Source of the DNA: an uncultured delta proteobacterium
GTDB lineage: Bacteria > Desulfobacterota > RBG-13-43-22
DNA length: 64,000 nucleotides
Direction of reading: 5' to 3'
Assembly (NCBI GenBank): GCA_963743305.1
Contig: CAVUPH010000013.1
Coordinates: 192,001-256,000 of the forward strand
Under the pieces are notes generated by a model. That model made no database searches. It worked only from the letters and a program-made list of their open reading frames with translations, and had not been told where the DNA came from. The position numbers were made by a program, and so were the translations under genes. Below, in pieces: positions 39,360-49,840 of the stretch. Every line of letters begins with the position of its first letter. Positions within the stretch are counted from its first letter, which is position 1.

Positions 39360-39842
39360 TCAGGAAGTCAGGGGGCTTCTCCACTCAGGTGGCATTCCCA
39401 CTGTTGGAAAATTAAACCGTATATTTTCAGAAAGTCGACTCCACCAGGGGGAAAGGGGTTTTGTTAATAGGTGTTCTAAGGAAAAAGAAGGATCTCCACA
39501 ACCACCTTCAAGAAAATAGACTTGCGGTTTTTTCCCATTTTGGGACCTCCTGAAACCATTCCAGACTTCCAATGAGGTTGGAGAATTTGAAAGGATAGCA
39601 ACCGGCAAGTTCCGAAGTATGGCTATTCCCATAAGTTTGAGGCCACAATTCATAGTCGGATCAAGGACAACCAGATCATAGGTCCAGCATACAATCAATT
39701 CTTTGGCTTCCCTATAGGTATTGGCTCTGTCCAGGCAGCATTCTAAAGAAGTTTTGTCTATTTTTTTCTCCATTTCCCTCAATAGATTAAGGCCATTGTC
39801 TACCCCAAGGATCCATTTTTTCGGCACAGCATTCCTTTCCAT
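39360..39842 (-). CDS. Degenerate receiver-domain protein
   Basis: ILGVDNG, ANTYREA, TYDLVVLD, LPVAILS; similar to 18873-19400; GGAGG RBS. Confidence 0.6.
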   Translation of the reverse strand: MERNAVPKKWILGVDNGLNLLREMEKKIDKTSLECCLDRANTYREAKELIVCWTYDLVVLDPTMNCGLKLMGIAILRNLPVAILSNSPTSLEVWNGFRRSQNGKKPQVYFLEGGCGDPSFSLEHLLTKPLSPWWSRLSENIRFNFPTVGMPPEWRSPLTS

Positions 39843-39900
39843 TTGCTGCCTCCTTTTAGCCTTTGCCAGCGTGACGACCCTTAGCAGGCTCTTTTTTACC

Positions 39901-39950
39901 GTCATTCCGGCCCCGCCTTAAAAGCGGGGTGAACTCCAGCCGAAATCCAG
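39901..39950. repeat. GTCATTCCGG...AATCCAG palindromic repeat
   Basis: Same family as 50156-50183, with an inserted inner hairpin. Confidence 0.55.
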
Positions 39951-39978
39951 ACCTCTTATGCTGCTTCTACAGAGACCC

Positions 39979-40016
39979 TTAATAACACAGGAAAAGTCAC
40001 CGATTGGTCACGGATT
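39979..40016 (-). promoter_or_regulatory. 11-bp direct repeats plus -10 box (candidate SARP/BTAD target promoter)
   Basis: AATCCGTGACC AATCGGTGACT then TATTAA 10 nt downstream. Confidence 0.5.
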
Positions 40017-43000
40017 GACCGAAATACAAGAAAAAATCGACAGGAAAGAAAAAAGTGACAGGAAAAGGTTAATTATGGATCTTTGGCGGGGGTGGTCAGG
40101 GTCCTGTACAGGGTCTTCGGTCTTGGGGGAGGGTTCGACTCCCAGAACGGAGGAGAGGGTGGTTTTCAACCGCCGGTAGACCTGTATCGCCTTGACGGTT
40201 TCACCGAGACTCCCGTAGCAGGCCATGAGACGCCGATATAACTCCTCGGCCAGGTTATCGACCTCAAGGCCCTTCTGGTAAAGGGCGATGGCCCGCTCCC
40301 ATTGTTCCGATTGTTCCAGGGAACCACCCAGCATCTCCATCAGGAAAATGAACCGATTTCTTAGACGCTCGCGGAGAGGCAAGGCCCAGAAAGGCTCGGA
40401 TCCCTCATCGGCCAGGAAAGGACCCTGGTACAGATCAACAGCCTTGACCATCAACTGCAACGCCTTGTCCTTGCTATCGCCCGAATGATTCCCTCTCCAA
40501 AAATCCTCAGCCTTATTGGGTGAGGTGTTCAAAGGCCCAGACATCCACCCAGCAGTAACGAGGACTCAGGCTCACCCTCCCGGCCTGAACCTCCAGGACT
40601 TTTTCACCCAGCAACTGGCGCAGACGGGAAAGGGTGGTGGTCAAGGCGCTGTAGGCCTGGTCGCCGTCGGCCTCGGGCCAGAGGATGTCCATCAACCGCT
40701 CCTCATCCACATCCCTCCCTCCGAGGGCGATGACGGCCTTCAGCAGGAGCAGCGGCTTCTTCTGAATTTTCCGTGGAAATTGAACTGGGTTCCCGTCTTT
40801 AAGCAGTTCAAACCTTCCGAGGGTGCGGATTTTAACCGGCCAGGGCCAGTTTTCCAGATGGAGCGGGGGCATCTCGGGGATCAATCGCCGCTTCCGGATG
40901 ATCTCCTGCACATAGGGCACTTCAATCCCTTCTTCAAGGGCCTTTATACAGAGCCCGGCCGTAACCGCCGGCTGATCGACAAACGTGTTCAGAAATCCTT
41001 TTTCTTTCCCAATGGCCAGGGCCTTCCGAAGCGAGGCCAATCCGCGGATCTCTTCCCCCTGGTCGAAGTAAAAGTGCGCCTCTATCATGAGGCCATGATA
41101 TTCGAATACCTTGCTTTTCAACCTTTCGGTAATGAGGGAGGCCTCCTGGAGATGCCCCCAGGCTTCCCGGTGCTTTCCGCTACCGTGCATGACCTGGGCG
41201 ATCAACAGATGTGTCAGACATAGGCTGTCATACGCTCCGACTTCCGTGTTTGTTTTCAAAGCCAACTCGACCTCGGCAGCCGCCGCGCTCAACTCTGACC
41301 GCAAAAGGAACTGACGGGCCTGGACGAAATGATACAATCCTTTTTCAAATGGTCTGAGACGATCCCGGGCGAAGAGCAATCTTTTCCAGCAGGCCCTGGG
41401 CCATCCCCAGATCACCCGTGTTCTGGCAACAGATTACGCCATGCGCCAACAGGACATAATCGAAAAGGTATATTCCGGTCCTCTCGGAGGTCTTCAGCCC
41501 GTCGGAAACGGCCAGGAGACATTTCCCGTCATCACCGGTTAAACCGAAGTGCATCGCTTCCGCCAGCCGCGTCATGATGAGGATAAAAGGTGAGGCTTCT
41601 TCGGACTGAGCCAGGTGTTGCAATGACCGGACCCCCAGGGATGACTGCTCATAATCACCGTTAGCCAGGTAGTAATGAACCAGTTGCAAAAGAATCTGGG
41701 CCTTGGCGACTGGATTTCCGGGTTCCGGCACGATGGATTCGGCGCGTCTTATCCAGACCCCGGTTTCCCCATGTTCGGGACGTCGATAGGTCAACGCGGT
41801 GAACATGCTTGACACTACCTGGAATCCAGACTTCCGGAGGGATAATCCTCTCGGGATTCTGCGGCAACGCCGGGAAGTTTTGAATCCATCGATCCAGGGG
41901 TAAATAATCCTCAAACCGGTAGATGATGGAATACACAACCCCCGACCAGGCGAGCAGGACACCAATTATATCACCGTGGCCCCTGAATTGCTCAAAGGCC
42001 CGCTCCAGATACGATTGCGCGCGGACGGGATCGAACGGGAATCGGGCAGTCCCCTTCCAGTAGAGAAGCCAGGGATCCTGTTCAACGAGATCCCTGGGGA
42101 GGCTGTCCAGCCATTCTTCCAGAGTGCGATATCTTCCCTGGGCGAGAATCGAGGGGGCCTCCTTCAGGATGAGCTGAACCAACGCTTCCCAATCGCCAAG
42201 ACCTCGATAGAGTGAAATGGCGGCCTCTATCCGGCCGGCTTCCTCAAGAAGAAAGGCCGTTTGACGGATCAAGGTCGATAGCCTCTCCTGGGAAAACGTT
42301 TCTCTGGCCCGGGCCGTCAGGAACTCCCGAAACAAAGGATGATACTGAAAAACAGGATCAGCGGAATAATACCTCTCGGTAAAATAATTATTTCTGCTAA
42401 GGGTCAATAGAATACTACCGGCATTAGAGAGGCCGGAAAGTTGTTCCGCCACTTTTATGGTAATCTTAGGCAGAAAAGCGGTCTGGAGTAAGAAATCCTG
42501 GGTCGCTTTGTCTGTTTTATTGAATAATTCATTCCCGAAATAATCGATGATCTCCTCCGGGGCCATCTTTCCAATTAAATGAGGCGCCACCCCCCTCTTC
42601 ATGCTCTCCAACATCAAAACCAGGCCGGCGACCCAACCGTCGGCGGCCTGGTGCAGTTGCCCGATGACCTCCTTTGACCGGATTTCCTGGGCCTTCAACG
42701 GCACGATCCCGATCGTCTCCTCCAGGGTCAAGCGCAGGTCATCCCAGCCAAGCATTTTCATCAATCCATTGGCCCGCAACCTGGACAAGGCGGGAGGCGG
42801 GTCCTGGCGGCTGATGACGATGACCTGGATCCCGTCGGGTATCGTGCTGATCCCCTGGTTGATCACCTCATGAAAAAGGGATTCGGCCGGTACCGTCTGG
42901 TAATTATCCAGAACCAGGATGGAAGGGAGCTTAAGCCGGCTGAAAAGGTTCTCAAAGTACCTTAAGGAAAAGGTGGATAGGCCTTGTAAGTATTCGGGGG

Positions 43001-43300
43001 TGAAAAGGGGCAGGGGTTTTCGTTTTTGAGGGGCTGCCTTTTTCGCGGCCAGGCCCAGGTAGCTGAAGAAGGCGGCGATGTCCGCATCTCTTTCATCCAC
43101 CTGGTACCAGAGGCAGGGGATCTTATTCCCTCGAGATAGCTGGCGACCAGCGTCGTCTTCCCGGAACCGGCCGGGGCGGAAATCCAGGTCACCGGATATT
43201 TTCGCGTTTCATCAAGCAAGCCAAACAGCCTATCCCTCGGGAAAACACCCCTGATTCTCGGGCGGGTAATCTTGGCGATGGGGGCGAGCCTCTCAGACAT
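40008..43300 (-). CDS. MalT-like ATPase/TPR transcriptional regulator with C-terminal wHTH-BTAD (SARP) domain; several frameshifts
   Basis: SAPAGSGKTT, VLDNYQ, YHPLFREFL, RTLGRFEL, LWPEADGD, WVDV, LYQGPFL, EELYRRLM across 5 frames. Confidence 0.85.
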
Positions 43301-43559
43301 GGTCAGCCTCTATAACCCGTTATAACCCGTTGTCCATTTTTGGCTTTGGAGTGAGCGTTGGCGTCGGCCTGGTCGGCGGGGTCGCCGTCCCTACGAAAAA
43401 TCCTACTCGATTCCTACAAGATAAAAACCACGAATATTGTCGGAATATGAGGTTATTGAGGGAGGAAGTCAAGGGATTTATATTTCTGATAACAGTCCAA
43501 GGCAAACGATTTGTACTGGAAATCCGCGATTTTTAGCCAAAACGTAAAAAAAACATTAC

Positions 43560-43660
43560 AGGAAGTCCTCAAACTCCCGTGAAATTTCCCCTCCATCATA
43601 AAATTGAGGATAGCACTTACAAGTCCTTTAACAGGATCGATTTCAAGGATAACGATTACC
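43560..43660. repeat. ~100-nt conserved intergenic element, copy D
   Basis: AGGAAG..TCCCGTGAAATTT..CCTCC..CACTTACAAGT-29nt-GATTACC. Confidence 0.65.
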
Positions 43661-43677
43661 CTTTAAAGTGATCAAAT

Positions 43678-43710
43678 GTTGGGTGGATCAAGCGAAGCGG
43701 ATCCACCAAC
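43678..43710. repeat. REP-like palindrome (second family)
   Basis: GTTGGGTGGATC-aagcgaagcg-GATCCACCAAC. Confidence 0.6.
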
Positions 43711-43890
43711 CCTTTATTCAATAGACTTTTTAGAAATGCCAACGGGTTTCTCCGCACCACAATCCGCACAAAAATGACTCCCCTCGATAGCTCGCCGAAA
43801 GGAACGGAAACGTGAAATATTGGTTTTGACATCCGGTCAAGATCTATTATAAAATCCAACGGGTAGAGGCATAAAGTCCCTGATGGTAAA

Positions 43891-43932
43891 AAAGTCAAAT
43901 CCTTAGCCAAGATAGGAACGGAAAGCCACAGG
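43891..43932 (+). ncRNA. Truncated c-di-GMP-I-like riboswitch 5' half, copy 2
   Basis: AAAGTCAAATCCTTAGCCAAGATAGGAACGGAAAGCCACAGG. Confidence 0.4.
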
Positions 43933-43943
43933 AGGTATTCAGC

Positions 43944-45218
43944 ATGACTATTCATCTGAAACGTACGGTTTTCTTTCTTTGTATCTTGAATTTTGGGTTG
44001 GGTTGTTGCCTGGGCAACCGTGCCAATGCGGGCGAGGACCCCGGGATCATCTATCAGCTTTTTCTTTCAAATGTTTTTTATCAACACGATCCCATGAAAA
44101 TAAGAGGACGTGTATTTTTATTAACCGATAATAGAATTGGGTTACCAGATGTCGTGATATACAGTGCGGAACCGTTCCTGGGAGGGTATAGGGCCGGATA
44201 CTAAATATGTCCCAGTGGCGGTAACCGACGGCAACGGAAACTATGAATTTACTGCGGAAGATCGTTGGTATCATTTAATACCTCGAAAAAATGGCTACCA
44301 ATTTACTCCTGAGGCTTCTAGCGGCAGCGGCCGTGATTTTATGTGGCCAAACTTTGCTGCTTATTGGCCCCGGGAAATAAGCGGACGCGTAACTTATTCC
44401 GACGGAAGTGGTTTTGCAAATGTCGGGATATATCATAATACTATCCAAATAGCGGTAACCGATGGCCAGGGATATTATAGGGTAAGTTTATTTCCAAGTG
44501 AGCTCACTTTAATACCTCAAGCAAGCGGCTACCTATTTACTCCTCCGTCTCGTTCTATTCCAGCAGACCAAAGCAACCATGGAAATGAAGATTTTACTGC
44601 TCAAACAGCAGTTACCCTCAGTGGCAATGTAAAATGGAAATAACGGTATTCTCACGCCACGATTCCATCTAATCCATTACCCATGGTAGCGATGGAGGCC
44701 TATGCGGAAGACGGTTCTCTATACTACAGGGCTGCCACGGATGTGGATGGAAATTATTCCATCCCTGTTCCAAGTGGCTGGAACAGGATGGATCAAGCCT
44801 TCCAAAGAGGGTTTTGAGTTCTCTCCTGAAAAAATTAATCATTCCTCCCTGATACATAACGACATGTATAACTTTTCGGCGCCCAGACCTACGAGTTTTG
44901 GAGGTCATATTTACAAAATTACTGTTTCGGTAAGAGACCAGAATGACCATGTCCCGCTCACGAGTAACCATATTTATATTCACTTTGACGGGATCAACTA
45001 TGCCAATGGGAGTCATACTTTCTCAAACGGAGTCGGGACTTCATCCGACTCCTGGGGAATGTCATATCTTATGCTCCTTCAAGGCTGGATAGGAGATATA
45101 ACACCAACCAATGACGGGTATAGTTTCTATTCTTTATAACTTTAATCCGGCATCAATCCGCTTGAGCAACCCGATTACTTCCGACATGACGTTTTCTTTT
45201 ACGGCCACGCCAAAATAA
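43944..45218 (+). CDS. Secreted Ig-repeat protein, paralogue of 33429-34405 with one extra domain (several frameshifts)
   Basis: MTIHLKRT signal; TDGNGNY, TDGQGYY, GY.FTP repeats; same C-terminus. Confidence 0.7.
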
Positions 45219-45317
45219 CCAGGCCGGGGAGGCCAGACCCTGATCGGCACCTTCGGCCAGTCGGCCACCTTTGATTATTTCATTGGGTTCTCCCTCATTT
45301 TGTCGACCCAGGTAATT

Positions 45318-45480
45318 GGTAGGGCGTGTTCGCCGAACGCGCCGTCCGGACGTCCGGGGATTCGGACGGCTCGGCGAGCCGTCCCTACCGATATTCACAC
45401 GGTTGGGGGAATGGCCCCTATCGGGTATGTTTCGCCAAAGGGGCCTACCCTGGCGGACATTTCGGCGAAACGTCGCTACC
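45318..45480. repeat. REP cluster (GTAG-type) downstream of RAYT
   Basis: GGTAGGGCGTGTTCGCCGAACGCGCC and GGACGGCTCGGCGAGCCGTCCCTACC in inverted pairs, plus two decayed copies. Confidence 0.9.
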
Positions 45481-46053
45481 ATTTCGTCCGATTCCGATTT
45501 CCTCTTTGTTGATCCAGAAATAGGGCCAGGCTTCCGGAGTGGGAACGAGGGCGGCACGAACTGGATTTTGTAAAATGTAATTCCATTTTTCAGCCAGGGA
45601 TTCCTCGTTGCGGATGCGGTGGTCGAAGAAATCGCGTTGCCAGCGGATGCCGGCATAGCGGGCGGTGTAGCGTTTCCAGTCGCGAACGATCTTTTCCATT
45701 GATTGTTCGGGGGAGAAGGCTATCAAGGCATGGAGGTGGTCCGGCATGAAGAGCACGAGACGCGGCCACCATTGTCCTTTTTCGATTCGAACGAGCAGGC
45801 TTTCCGTCAAGGCCTTTACTGCTGAAGGGAAGGCCAACTGATTCTGTCCCCGTGGAACGCAATTGACGGTAATGAAAAATGTCGCCCCATTTGTGACCCA
45901 AGAAGCCACGCCGTGCCAAAGAATTTTTCGTTTCGGTAGGGCGTGTTCGCCGAACGCGCCGTCCTTTGGATTCGGACGGTTCGGCGAACCGTCCCTACCT
46001 GGGATCGGACGGTTCGGCGAGCCGTCCCTACCGATATCGTTGTTTATTGCCAT
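45445..46053 (-). mobile_element. REP-associated tyrosine transposase (RAYT, Y1/HUH)
   Basis: FFITVNC, MPDHLH (HUH), WQRDFFDHRIR, YILQNPVRA; flanked by REPs. Start uncertain. Confidence 0.92.
45935..46032. repeat. REP cluster upstream of RAYT (3 copies)
   Basis: GGTAGGGCGTGTTCGCCGAACGCGCC plus 2 x GGACGGTTCGGCGARCCGTCCCTACC. Confidence 0.9.
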
Positions 46054-46071
46054 AAGGCGGCCGCCCGCTCA

Positions 46072-47577
46072 TTACTCCTCGCCGAGGGCTTCCTCCCTCG
46101 TTTTGGAAAAGGCCGGGATAAAAACCAGGAGCATGGCCAGCAGGGCGATCACCAGCAGGGTGGCGCTGATCGGCCGCCGCAGGAAAACCATCGGGTCGCC
46201 GCGGGACATGAGCATGGCCCGTCGGAGATACTCTTCCATCAACGGTCCGAGAATGAAGGCCAGCAGCATCGGCGCCGGTTCGCAATCGAGCTTGCTGAAG
46301 ACATATCCCAGCAGGCCGAAGAGGGCCATGAGGTAGATATCAAAAACGCTGTTGTTCAGGCTGAACGCCCCGATGGCACAGAAGACCAGGATAGCCGGAT
46401 AGAGAAACCGGTAAGGCACCATGATAATACGCACCCAGAGGCCGATCATCGGCAGGTTGAGTACGACCAGGAAAAGGTTGCCGATCCACATGGAAACGAT
46501 GATTCCCCAGAAGAGCCCCGGCTGCTCGGTGATGACCGAGGGCCCCGGCTGAATGCCCTGGATGATCATCGCCCCGACCATGAGGGCCATCACCGGGTTG
46601 GAGGGGATGCCTAAAGTCAGCATCGGGATAAACGAGGTCTGGGCCCCGGCGTTATTGGCCGATTCGGGGGCGGCCACCCCCTCGATGGCCCCCTTACCAA
46701 ACTGCTTGGAGTTCTTCGAGATTTTCTTTTCCAGGGAATAGGCCGCGAAGGATCCCAGGATGGAGCCGCTGCCCGGCAGGATGCCCAGAGCCGAACCTAA
46801 AGCGGTCCCCCGCAGGATCGGTCCGATCATGCGTCTCCAATCTTCCCGGGTCGGCATCAGACTGGTGATTTTCTTGGTTACCAGGCCGGAGCTTTCGTCC
46901 CCCGGCTCCAGGTTGCGAATAATCTCGCTCAGGCCGAACATGCCCATAGCCACCACTACGAATCCAATGCCGTCGGCCAGTTGGGGCAGGCCGAAGGTAA
47001 ACCGCTGGCCGCCCGAGGTTACATCCGAACCGACCAGTCCCAACAGCAGGCCGACAACGACCATGCCGATGGCGTGCAGCAGCGACCCATGGGCCAATAC
47101 CACCGAGGCGACTAAGCCCAGAACCATGAGCGAGAAATAATCGGCGGGCCCGAACTTGAGCGCCACTTCCGCGAGGGGCGGAGCGAAGAGGGCCAGCAGG
47201 AGGGTCGCCACCGTGCCGGCAAAAAAGGAACCGATGGCGGCCGTGGCCAGGGCTACACCGGCCCGTCCTTGAAGCGCCATTTGATAGCCGTCCAGGGTGG
47301 TGACCACCGAGGCTGCTTCACCCGGCAGATTGACCAATATGGAGGTGGTAGACCCCCCGTATTGGGAACCGTAGTAGATGCCCGCCAGCATGATCAGGGC
47401 CGAGACCGGCGGTAAAACAAAGGTAATGGGCAGCAGCATGGAGATGGTGGCGGTCGGGCCGAGACCGGGCAGCACCCCGATCAGAGTGCCGAGAAAGACA
47501 CCGGCCAGACAATACAAAAGGTTGGCCGGGGTTAAGGCGACTCCCAGACCTAAGCCGAGGTTGGCAATCAGTTCCAT
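46072..47577 (-). CDS. tctA: Tripartite tricarboxylate transporter large permease
   Basis: GTLIGVLPGLG, YYGSQYGGS, APESANNA, LGIP. Confidence 0.95.
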   Translation of the reverse strand: MELIANLGLGLGVALTPANLLYCLAGVFLGTLIGVLPGLGPTATISMLLPITFVLPPVSALIMLAGIYYGSQYGGSTTSILVNLPGEAASVVTTLDGYQMALQGRAGVALATAAIGSFFAGTVATLLLALFAPPLAEVALKFGPADYFSLMVLGLVASVVLAHGSLLHAIGMVVVGLLLGLVGSDVTSGGQRFTFGLPQLADGIGFVVVAMGMFGLSEIIRNLEPGDESSGLVTKKITSLMPTREDWRRMIGPILRGTALGSALGILPGSGSILGSFAAYSLEKKISKNSKQFGKGAIEGVAAPESANNAGAQTSFIPMLTLGIPSNPVMALMVGAMIIQGIQPGPSVITEQPGLFWGIIVSMWIGNLFLVVLNLPMIGLWVRIIMVPYRFLYPAILVFCAIGAFSLNNSVFDIYLMALFGLLGYVFSKLDCEPAPMLLAFILGPLMEEYLRRAMLMSRGDPMVFLRRPISATLLVIALLAMLLVFIPAFSKTREEALGEE

Positions 47578-47624
47578 ACGGCTCCTTTTGGATTCAAATC
47601 CGATACGCTTTCGAATTTACAGAT

Positions 47625-48092
47625 CTAATCCCCGAACCAGGACCCCAGTATCGGTAGCGGGACCCCCAACCCCTTCAGGAAAACAAGCGAGCAAAAAACG
47701 GTCAGTCCGGCCGCCAGGGCCAGGGCCGGGCCCCAACGGAACCGGCGGCTGGCATAAGAGCTGACAAGTACCAATAAGGGCAGGGCCACGATCAGGCCGG
47801 CTCCCCGGACCAGCAGGCCGAACAGAAACGTCGGGACCACGACCAGCAGGAGTCCTTTGACCGTAAAGGCGCCGATAGGGGTGCCCGGCTGGATAAATGA
47901 GCGAACCAGGGAGATGAGTCCGATGAAGATCAGTAAAAAACTGAGCACCAGGGGGAAGTAGGCCGGGCCCATCCGGAGGGCGGTCCCGATGCCGTAATCA
48001 CCAAGGATGGCGATCAAAACAGCCCCCGATCCGATCGCCATATAGATCAACCCGGTCAGGAAATCTTTGCTGCTGCGGATGGATGAGGCCAG
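47625..48092 (-). CDS. tctB: Tripartite tricarboxylate transporter small permease
   Basis: GTALRMGPAYFP, GLGVPLP; the frame extends to a CTG at 48092 behind AGGGAGG. Confidence 0.88.
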   Translation of the reverse strand: MASSIRSSKDFLTGLIYMAIGSGAVLIAILGDYGIGTALRMGPAYFPLVLSFLLIFIGLISLVRSFIQPGTPIGAFTVKGLLLVVVPTFLFGLLVRGAGLIVALPLLVLVSSYASRRFRWGPALALAAGLTVFCSLVFLKGLGVPLPILGSWFGD

Positions 48093-48104
48093 CGGACCCT
48101 CCCT

Positions 48105-49082
48105 TTAGTCGGCGTAAATACCGGCCTTCTTGATGATCGGCGCCCATTTGTCCACTTCGGCCTTGAGGTGAGCGCGGAGGGCCTCGGGGGTAGCCCGCTT
48201 TTCGGATACCGGTTCGACGCCTAATTCGGCGAAGCGCTGCTTAACCGTGGCCTCCTTCAAGGCCTCATGCAGGGCCTTCACCAGCTTGTCGATGATCGGC
48301 TTCGGCGTGCCCTTCGGGGCATAGAGGGCATGCCAGACGCTGATCTCAAAGTTGGGTAACCCGGCTTCGGTCATGGTCGGTACGTCGGGCAGCGAGGGCA
48401 CCCGCGTCCTGGTGGTTACCCCGTACACCTTGATTTTACCGCCTTTGATCTGGCTGGTGGTATTGGTGGTCTGATCGCACATGAAGTCCACCTGGCCGCC
48501 CAGGAGGTCGTTCATGGCCGGACCCGTACCTTTGTAGGGGATGGTGGTCAGGTCCGTCTGGATCGCGGCCATAAAGAGCATGCCGCACAAATGCGAGGCG
48601 GCCCCCAGGCCGGCGTTGGCATAGGTGACTTTATCCTTGTTGGCTTTAACGTAGGCGATCAGCTCCTTGAGGTTTTTGGCCGGAAAATCTTTTTTGGCCA
48701 CCAGGGTCATCGGGCCGTCGGTTACCAGTCCAATGGGTTCGAAATCCTGAAAAACATCATAAGGCAGCTTGCGATACAAGGAAGGGGCGGTGGATTGGCC
48801 GATGTGGTGCAAGAAAATCGTGTAGCCGTCCGGGGCCGATCGCGCCACCCGGGCCGCCGCGATGGTGCCGCCGGCCCCGCCCACGTTCTCGATGATAATC
48901 TGGGCCTTCAGCGATTCGCCCATGGCCCGGGCGGTCAGACGGCCCACGGTATCCGTAGGGCCGCCCGCCGAGAAGGGAATGATCATGGTGATGACTTTGG
49001 TTGGGTACTGTTGGGCGAACGCCGACGAGGGGACGAGCAACGCCAGGCCCATGAGGATGCGAACAAAAAATCTGACGATCAT
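48105..49082 (-). CDS. tctC: Tripartite tricarboxylate transporter substrate-binding protein (Bug/TctC)
   Basis: PFSAGGPTD, ENVGGAGG, PDGYT, PYKGTGPAMNDLLGG. Confidence 0.95.
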   Translation of the reverse strand: MIVRFFVRILMGLALLVPSSAFAQQYPTKVITMIIPFSAGGPTDTVGRLTARAMGESLKAQIIIENVGGAGGTIAAARVARSAPDGYTIFLHHIGQSTAPSLYRKLPYDVFQDFEPIGLVTDGPMTLVAKKDFPAKNLKELIAYVKANKDKVTYANAGLGAASHLCGMLFMAAIQTDLTTIPYKGTGPAMNDLLGGQVDFMCDQTTNTTSQIKGGKIKVYGVTTRTRVPSLPDVPTMTEAGLPNFEISVWHALYAPKGTPKPIIDKLVKALHEALKEATVKQRFAELGVEPVSEKRATPEALRAHLKAEVDKWAPIIKKAGIYAD

Positions 49083-49357
49083 GATTTACCTCCTTTATCT
49101 CTTGGTGACCCGTTCTTTGGCTCGGAAAATATAAAATAATAAAAAGACGCGGTCAATGAGAAACATCGGAATGAGGGTATTGAAATACAGACCTTATAAA
49201 TCCAAAATACAGCTTTGATAGTATTTACATGGGACCCTTAAGGGATAAAAATATCATTTAACCTATTATCAACCTATATCCAAGAGGAAGGCGGCGAGAA
49301 TCGACTTATTCTTTTAAGAAACCCGAAGAGGGATTCAAATTATCAGAGGAGGGAGAC

Positions 49358-49822
49358 ATGAGAATGCTGAAAGTGGCCAGAAACTTGGTTGTGGTTGTTG
49401 CTTTAATCGGGATCGTCATATCTTCGATTTACGTCATGGCCGAGGATCGCGGGAAGGGAGGGGTCAGCAAGGAGTTGGAAAAATCCATCGGGATGCCGGC
49501 CCTGACCGGGGAACTCTGGCAGAAGATGGAGCAAGACGCCAAGGTGGCCTTTATCTGGGGACTCTGGCATACGGTAGCCATGGAGCAGTATATGATGAAC
49601 AAGTATCCGGACCTTAAAAGAGAAAATTTTTCCTCAAAAGTCATCGAAGCGTGTGAGAAGACATGTGTGACGATGAATCAAGCGGTGGCCATGATAGATG
49701 AATACTACCAAACGAACCCGGATCATCTTGAAAAGCCGGTGGTCGGCGTGTTCTGGCACTTAGTGGTCAGGCCGAATATAACAACGGGGATTGCCGGCCG
49801 TCCGCTGAAGCCGGAAAATTAA
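49358..49822 (+). CDS. Secreted hypothetical protein
   Basis: GAGGAGG RBS, N-terminal hydrophobic signal. Confidence 0.7.
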   Translation: MRMLKVARNLVVVVALIGIVISSIYVMAEDRGKGGVSKELEKSIGMPALTGELWQKMEQDAKVAFIWGLWHTVAMEQYMMNKYPDLKRENFSSKVIEACEKTCVTMNQAVAMIDEYYQTNPDHLEKPVVGVFWHLVVRPNITTGIAGRPLKPEN

Positions 49823-49840
49823 ACAAAGAGGAGTGAAAAA

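Larger units (their letters stand above)
43812..45269 (+). repeat. Duplicated cassette, copy 2
   Basis: Same TTGACA promoter, leader, signal peptide and 3' tail as 33305-34457. Confidence 0.85.

Noticed and set aside
40130-40150. GGTTCGACTCC tRNA T-loop-like motif
   Set aside because: Lies in the BTAD coding region; no cloverleaf or acceptor stem.
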